64,000 nt of DNA from positions 60,017 to 124,016 of the forward strand of contig CAZSZC010000001.1 in assembly GCA_964610775.1 (NCBI GenBank), read 5' to 3'. Within the stretch, counting starts at the first letter, position 1. Every line of letters starts with the position of its first letter. This document shows, piece by piece, positions 59,912 through 64,000 of this stretch. The stretch comes from an uncultured Candidatus Saccharibacteria bacterium. GTDB lineage: Bacteria; Patescibacteriota; Saccharimonadia; Saccharimonadales; JACQNP01. The notes under the pieces were generated by a model, which worked only from the letters and a program-made list of their open reading frames with translations, did no database searches and had not been told where the DNA came from. The position numbers were made by a program, and so were the translations under genes.

Positions 59912-61687
59912 ATGGGCGCAAACATACAACCAAATAATTATTTAGGCCCCTTACAACGCATACGCTTTTGGTATGCGATATTGCTCGTTATCACGGCTGT
60001 TTTTGTCGTGCGTCTGTTTTATCTACAAGTTATAAAACATGATTATTACAATACTAGTGCACTCAAGGGTCAGCTCAAGGAGTATGAAATACCTGCTAAA
60101 CGAGGTGTTATTGAAGCACATAGCGGCAACGATATTGTCCCAATAGTTTTGAATGAGACTAAGTATACATTGTTTGCTGATCCGAAATTTATAACAAATC
60201 CAGGCGATAGTGCTGGTAAAATTCAACAGATTATTGGTGGCAATTCTCAAGATTATGAAAATAAAATGAAAGTACCCAACAGTCGGTATGCGATACTCGC
60301 CAAAAAACTTGATAAATCTCAAAGCGATAGAATTATGGCACTAGGTATCAAAGGAATTGGAACCAGAGAGGCGGTATACAGGACGTATCCCCAGGGATCC
60401 CTGGGTTCTCAGGTGTTAGGTTTTGTAAATGATGATGGTCAAGGTAAATATGGCCTTGAACAAGCGCTGGATCAGGATCTACAAGGTAAACCAGGCTTGC
60501 TGAAGGCAATTACTGATGCACGCGGCGTTCCGCTAGCTTCTCAGAAGGATAACGTACTCATAGAACCTATTGATGGTAAGCGAGTTGTACTTACGGTTGA
60601 TCTAGGTATGCAGCAGCAACTCGAAGAGATACTCAAGCAGGGTTTAGACAGAGCTAGATCAAAATCCGGCAGCGCTTTGATTATGAACGTAAAAACAGGG
60701 GAGATTAAAGCAATGGCCAACTATCCGACCTACAATCCAGCCGAATACAATAAGGTAGAGGATGCGTCGCTATTTACGAATCCCGCTGTTAGTTCTCCTC
60801 TTGAGGTAGGGTCAATTATGAAACCACTAACTGCGGCAGCGGCACTCGATAAAGGAGTTGTTAATCGTAACACGTCTTATTATGACCCGAGCTATTTCAT
60901 AGTTGATGATGCCAAAATTACTAATATCGAAGAGGATGGTGGTGCTGGTACAAAAACAGTACAGGACATAATACAGTTATCTCTAAATACAGGTGCAACA
61001 TGGCTACTTATGCAAATGGGCGGTGGCAAGATCAACGAGCAAGCTCGTGTGACTTGGCACGATTATATGACCAATCACTACGGTTTTGGTAAGCTAACAG
61101 GCATCGAACAAGGATACGAGTCGGAAGGTTCGATTCCTGATCCCAAGAACGGATTTGGGCTTGATATACAGTATGCAAACTCAGCCTTCGGGCAGGGTAT
61201 GACGGCTACGCCTCTACAAATGGCAGCGGCTATGGGTAGCGTTATCAATGGCGGCACCTATTACCGGCCACGCTTAATTGACAAGATAATTGGGGATAAC
61301 GACAAAACGATTGATCAGAAGAAGCCTGAGGTGGTAAGAACTAATGTCGTAAACCAGCAAACCAGTAAAGACATAAGAGAAATAATGGAGTACGCATTTT
61401 CTAAGAACTACCTTATTTACGGCTTGAAAGATCCGCGACCTAATTATTCAATTGGCGCAAAGACCGGCACCGCACAAGTAGCAAAACCTGGCGGCGGATA
61501 CTACGAAGATAGATTTAACGGTACTTTCTTGAGCTATGTTGGTGGTAATGATCCAGAATATATTGTTGCTGTTAGAGTAAACGAACCGGGAATTGCTGGA
61601 TATGCGGGCGCCAAGGCGGCTGCGCCAATTGGCCTTGGCTTAATAAATATGTTGATTGATAATTTTGGCGTATCACCCAAGAACTAA
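59912..61687 (+). CDS. ftsI: Class B penicillin-binding protein (FtsI/PBP-type transpeptidase)
   Basis: N-terminal TM, a dimerisation domain, and SxxK (GSIMKP), SxN (SLN) and KTGT motifs. Confidence 0.9.
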   Translation: MGANIQPNNYLGPLQRIRFWYAILLVITAVFVVRLFYLQVIKHDYYNTSALKGQLKEYEIPAKRGVIEAHSGNDIVPIVLNETKYTLFADPKFITNPGDSAGKIQQIIGGNSQDYENKMKVPNSRYAILAKKLDKSQSDRIMALGIKGIGTREAVYRTYPQGSLGSQVLGFVNDDGQGKYGLEQALDQDLQGKPGLLKAITDARGVPLASQKDNVLIEPIDGKRVVLTVDLGMQQQLEEILKQGLDRARSKSGSALIMNVKTGEIKAMANYPTYNPAEYNKVEDASLFTNPAVSSPLEVGSIMKPLTAAAALDKGVVNRNTSYYDPSYFIVDDAKITNIEEDGGAGTKTVQDIIQLSLNTGATWLLMQMGGGKINEQARVTWHDYMTNHYGFGKLTGIEQGYESEGSIPDPKNGFGLDIQYANSAFGQGMTATPLQMAAAMGSVINGGTYYRPRLIDKIIGDNDKTIDQKKPEVVRTNVVNQQTSKDIREIMEYAFSKNYLIYGLKDPRPNYSIGAKTGTAQVAKPGGGYYEDRFNGTFLSYVGGNDPEYIVAVRVNEPGIAGYAGAKAAAPIGLGLINMLIDNFGVSPKN

Positions 61688-61715
61688 GGTATAATATAGA
61701 CTTAGAGCCCATAAA

Positions 61716-62756
61716 ATGACACAAACTATAAACTTGGTTTTAGAAACAAGCACGTTGGTTAGAATATTACTCCTAGGCTTTACTGGGTTTGTGCTCAGTA
61801 TGTTTATTACGCCACTCTATACCTCGCTAGCATACAGAGGAGAGTGGTGGAAACGTCAGCGAAGCGACGCTTGGGCTGGTGGTAAGGCTGAAGTTTACCA
61901 AAAACTCCACTCAGAAAAACACAAACGACAAATTCCGACCATGGCCGGTTTGATATTCGTAATCTCAACATTATTAGTAACGGTTCTGTTTAATTTAAGC
62001 AGGGGACAAACATGGCTACCCCTAGCCGCCATGGTAGGCTCTGGGTTCATAGGCCTATTCGATGATTGGTTTAATATTAGAAGTTCCGGTAAGGGTGTTG
62101 CAGGCATGCGCGCCAAACTCAAATTTACACTGCATAGTATGGTTGCACTTATAGGTGGGTGGTGGTTTTATTCAAAACTCGACGTTAGTAGTGTTCAGAT
62201 TCCGGGTTTTGGTCAATTACAAATAGGAATATTAGTAATTGTATTGTTTTGGCTTGTAGTGATAGCAACCGCAAATGCTGTAAATATTACGGACGGCCTT
62301 GATGGCTTAGCTGGTGGTCTACTGGCATCTTCTTTCGGAGCTTATTGTTTAATAGCTGCGATAGAAGGTAAGTACGCTTTAGCGGCTTTTTGCCTAACTG
62401 TTGTTGGCGCATTGCTTAGCTATACATGGTTTAATATTTTCCCAGCGAGGTTTTTTATGGGGGATGTTGGCTCGTTTGCTTTGGGCACTGCACTAGGCGT
62501 TATAGCCATGCAGACCGACACAGTTTTTGTTTTGCCAATAATTGGAATTGTGTATGTTGCCGAAACTGGTTCTGTAATTGCTAATCGTTTGTCAAAGAAG
62601 TTGCGTCATGGCAAAAAGATTTTTCTATCGTCGCCAATTCATCATCATTTTGAAGCCAAGGGTTGGCCAGAGACAAAAGTAACTATGCGCTTCTGGATCA
62701 TTGGTCAGGTTGCTGCAGTAATTGGATTGGCAATATTTCTGATCGGGAGGGCTTAA
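61716..62756 (+). CDS. mraY: Phospho-N-acetylmuramoyl-pentapeptide transferase
   Basis: K...PTMAG, NAVN.TDGLDGLA, FMGD.GS.ALG, and HHHFE..GW.E. Confidence 0.95.
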   Translation: MTQTINLVLETSTLVRILLLGFTGFVLSMFITPLYTSLAYRGEWWKRQRSDAWAGGKAEVYQKLHSEKHKRQIPTMAGLIFVISTLLVTVLFNLSRGQTWLPLAAMVGSGFIGLFDDWFNIRSSGKGVAGMRAKLKFTLHSMVALIGGWWFYSKLDVSSVQIPGFGQLQIGILVIVLFWLVVIATANAVNITDGLDGLAGGLLASSFGAYCLIAAIEGKYALAAFCLTVVGALLSYTWFNIFPARFFMGDVGSFALGTALGVIAMQTDTVFVLPIIGIVYVAETGSVIANRLSKKLRHGKKIFLSSPIHHHFEAKGWPETKVTMRFWIIGQVAAVIGLAIFLIGRA

Positions 62757-62760
62757 TACC

Positions 62761-64000
62761 GTGAATACCCGCAGTGTTCGAAGGCCGAGCTATATTAGCA
62801 AAGATCAAACCACTAGACGTCATCGCCCTGATTATTGGTTATTAATATTTTCGGTACTTTTATTGGTAATTGGTCTCGTAGTTGTTTACGCGATTAGTCC
62901 AGGTTTGAGTGTGCAAAAGAATGTGAGCGACAATTACTTCGTCACAAAACAGTTAGTAGCAATAGCATTGGGGATTGTGACTTTTATTGGTGCATCAATG
63001 TTGCCGACTCAATCATGGCGAAAACTACAGACTCCGTTTATAGTGTTGTCGGTCGTAGCATCCGTAGCAGTTTTAGTATTTGGCGAAAGAGTTAATGGGG
63101 CTTATCGTTGGATTCAGATCGGCGGTTTATCTTTTCAGGCTGTTGAGTTAGTTAAGTTTACGTTACTAATATGGCTGGCTGGATTTTTAACAGATAGGAT
63201 TAAGAATAAAGAATTAAGTGATTCTAGAAAAACTTTTAGGCCATTATTGATACTGCTGGCGATTATTGCCTTAGTTGTTGCAAACCCAAAAATTCAGAGT
63301 GATCTTGGTTCGACTGGTGTTCTTATAGCAATGATAGCGGCCATGTGTTTTGTGGCATGCCTGCCATTAAAGCGTGTAGTGGTTATTGGCTTGGTTGTTA
63401 TTGCTGGTACCGGATTGTTGGTAATTACGTCGCCATATAGGCGGGATCGCTTTCAAACATTCTTACAGCCGCAGAGAGATTGCCAGAATACAGGTTATCA
63501 GGCTTGTCAGGCACTCATTGCTATAGGCTCTGGAGGCCTATTTGGTAAGGGCTTGGCTCATAGTGTTCAAGCTTATGGCTATCTACCAGAGGCAGCTAAT
63601 GACTCAATATTTGCAATATTTTCGGAAAAATTTGGTTTTGTGGGAGTTACGTTGCTTCTTTGTCTGTATGCAGCATTTTACGCTCGCCTAAAGGCGATCA
63701 TGGAGCGTGCACCAGATGTTTTTAGCAGACTATTAGTAGTTGGCGTACTAGCTTGGCTCAGTACGCAAGCGTTAATAAATATAGGTGCTATGGTGGGCTT
63801 ATTGCCATTGAAAGGTATTACATTGCCATTCATAAGTTACGGTGGTACCAGTATAATTTTCGTTACAGCGGCTATTGGTATAGTATTTAACATTTCTCGC
63901 TACACAACCTACGGTATTAATAGTAATCTTGAGTCAGAAGGGGGCAGTAATGAAAGTATTACTGACAGGCGGGGGGACAGGCGGACACATCACGCCTATA
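62761..64000 (+). CDS. ftsW: SEDS-family peptidoglycan polymerase FtsW (no stop codon before window end)
   Basis: GTG 62761 follows GGGAGGG. Motifs WIQIGGLSFQ..EL.K, GSGGLFGKGL, P.A.NDSIF and LP.KGITLPFISYGGTS. The frame is still open at 64000. Confidence 0.85.
   Translation, partial: MNTRSVRRPSYISKDQTTRRHRPDYWLLIFSVLLLVIGLVVVYAISPGLSVQKNVSDNYFVTKQLVAIALGIVTFIGASMLPTQSWRKLQTPFIVLSVVASVAVLVFGERVNGAYRWIQIGGLSFQAVELVKFTLLIWLAGFLTDRIKNKELSDSRKTFRPLLILLAIIALVVANPKIQSDLGSTGVLIAMIAAMCFVACLPLKRVVVIGLVVIAGTGLLVITSPYRRDRFQTFLQPQRDCQNTGYQACQALIAIGSGGLFGKGLAHSVQAYGYLPEAANDSIFAIFSEKFGFVGVTLLLCLYAAFYARLKAIMERAPDVFSRLLVVGVLAWLSTQALINIGAMVGLLPLKGITLPFISYGGTSIIFVTAAIGIVFNISRYTTYGINSNLESEGGSNESITDRRGDRRTHHAY
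63950..64000 (+). CDS. murG: UDP-GlcNAc:lipid I GlcNAc transferase MurG, N-terminal 17 codons (truncated by window)
   Basis: The ATG follows GAAGGGGG. MKVLLTGGGTGGHITP is the MurG G-loop 1 signature. Confidence 0.6.
   Translation, partial: MKVLLTGGGTGGHITPI

Noticed and set aside
63901-64000. A possible FtsW-MurG fusion protein.
   Set aside because: The MurG N-terminal motif is in a different reading frame from FtsW and has its own SD and ATG. An overlap is more parsimonious than a fusion.
1-64000. Scan of intergenic gaps over 80 nt for tRNA, rRNA, tmRNA, RNase P or SRP RNA, and for IS elements, integrases or prophage genes.
   Set aside because: No cloverleaf-type sequences (e.g. GGTTCGAAT T-loops in intergenic DNA) were seen. 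No rRNA-like stretches, inverted terminal repeats, transposase or integrase motifs were seen either. Absence is judged by eye only and should be confirmed with tRNAscan/Infernal.

Overview
This window is gene-dense (roughly 90% coding) and mostly plus-strand. It comes from a small-genome bacterium. The gene content suggests a Candidate Phyla Radiation / Saccharibacteria-like organism, but that is inference only: compact housekeeping genes, missing canonical neighbours such as pyrH, cdsA and murE/F/D, and many orphan acidic or P/Q-rich membrane-anchored proteins.

Recognisable backbone:
- Translation and envelope genes: tsf(partial)-frr-uppS-rseP, proS, greA, lysS.
- A MacB-type ABC pair, RNA methyltransferases (rumA-like, rsmE), serS-hpf, secA.
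- prfB-ftsE-ftsX followed by a coiled-coil CHAP hydrolase and ctpA.
- pyrG, rpmA, xseA/xseB, recO, glyQS.
- A nucleotide-handling patch: HD/SpoT-like hydrolase, NUDIX, P-loop kinase-like protein, second HD protein, NYN.
- ClC channel, a mini K+ channel, a GH1 beta-glucosidase.
- A compact dcw cluster: mraZ-rsmH-ftsL-ftsI-mraY-ftsW-murG(partial).

I saw no rRNA, tRNA, CRISPR array, transposase or integrase. RF2 is present and uninterrupted, and UGA behaves as a stop, which fits genetic code 11.

Most interesting observations:
1. A 7-TM protein (13462-14388) aligns without gaps to heliorhodopsin motifs but has Arg at the Schiff-base lysine position. It also carries a 50-aa Lys/Thr-rich N-terminal tail.
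2. A translationally coupled pair looks like a histidine kinase and a receiver but has lost the catalytic His/N/G boxes and the phospho-acceptor Asp (Asp->Glu). It sits directly upstream of recO.
3. Three acidic orphan proteins lie at 35575-38796. Two share an N-terminal domain, and one ends in a ParB/Srx-like GxHR motif.
4. Translation-initiation architecture is unusual. Many genes have a -10 box 5-11 nt from the start codon, implying leaderless mRNAs. One shared bidirectional box serves the ClC and K+ channel genes. A second class of genes carries an AAAAACAAAAA leader instead of a Shine-Dalgarno.
5. An msrA pseudogene, a probable frameshifted small gene, a structured leader before the HD hydrolase, and a 312-nt G-depleted spacer inside the dcw operon.

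All family assignments come from reading the translations and recalling motifs. No database search was run.
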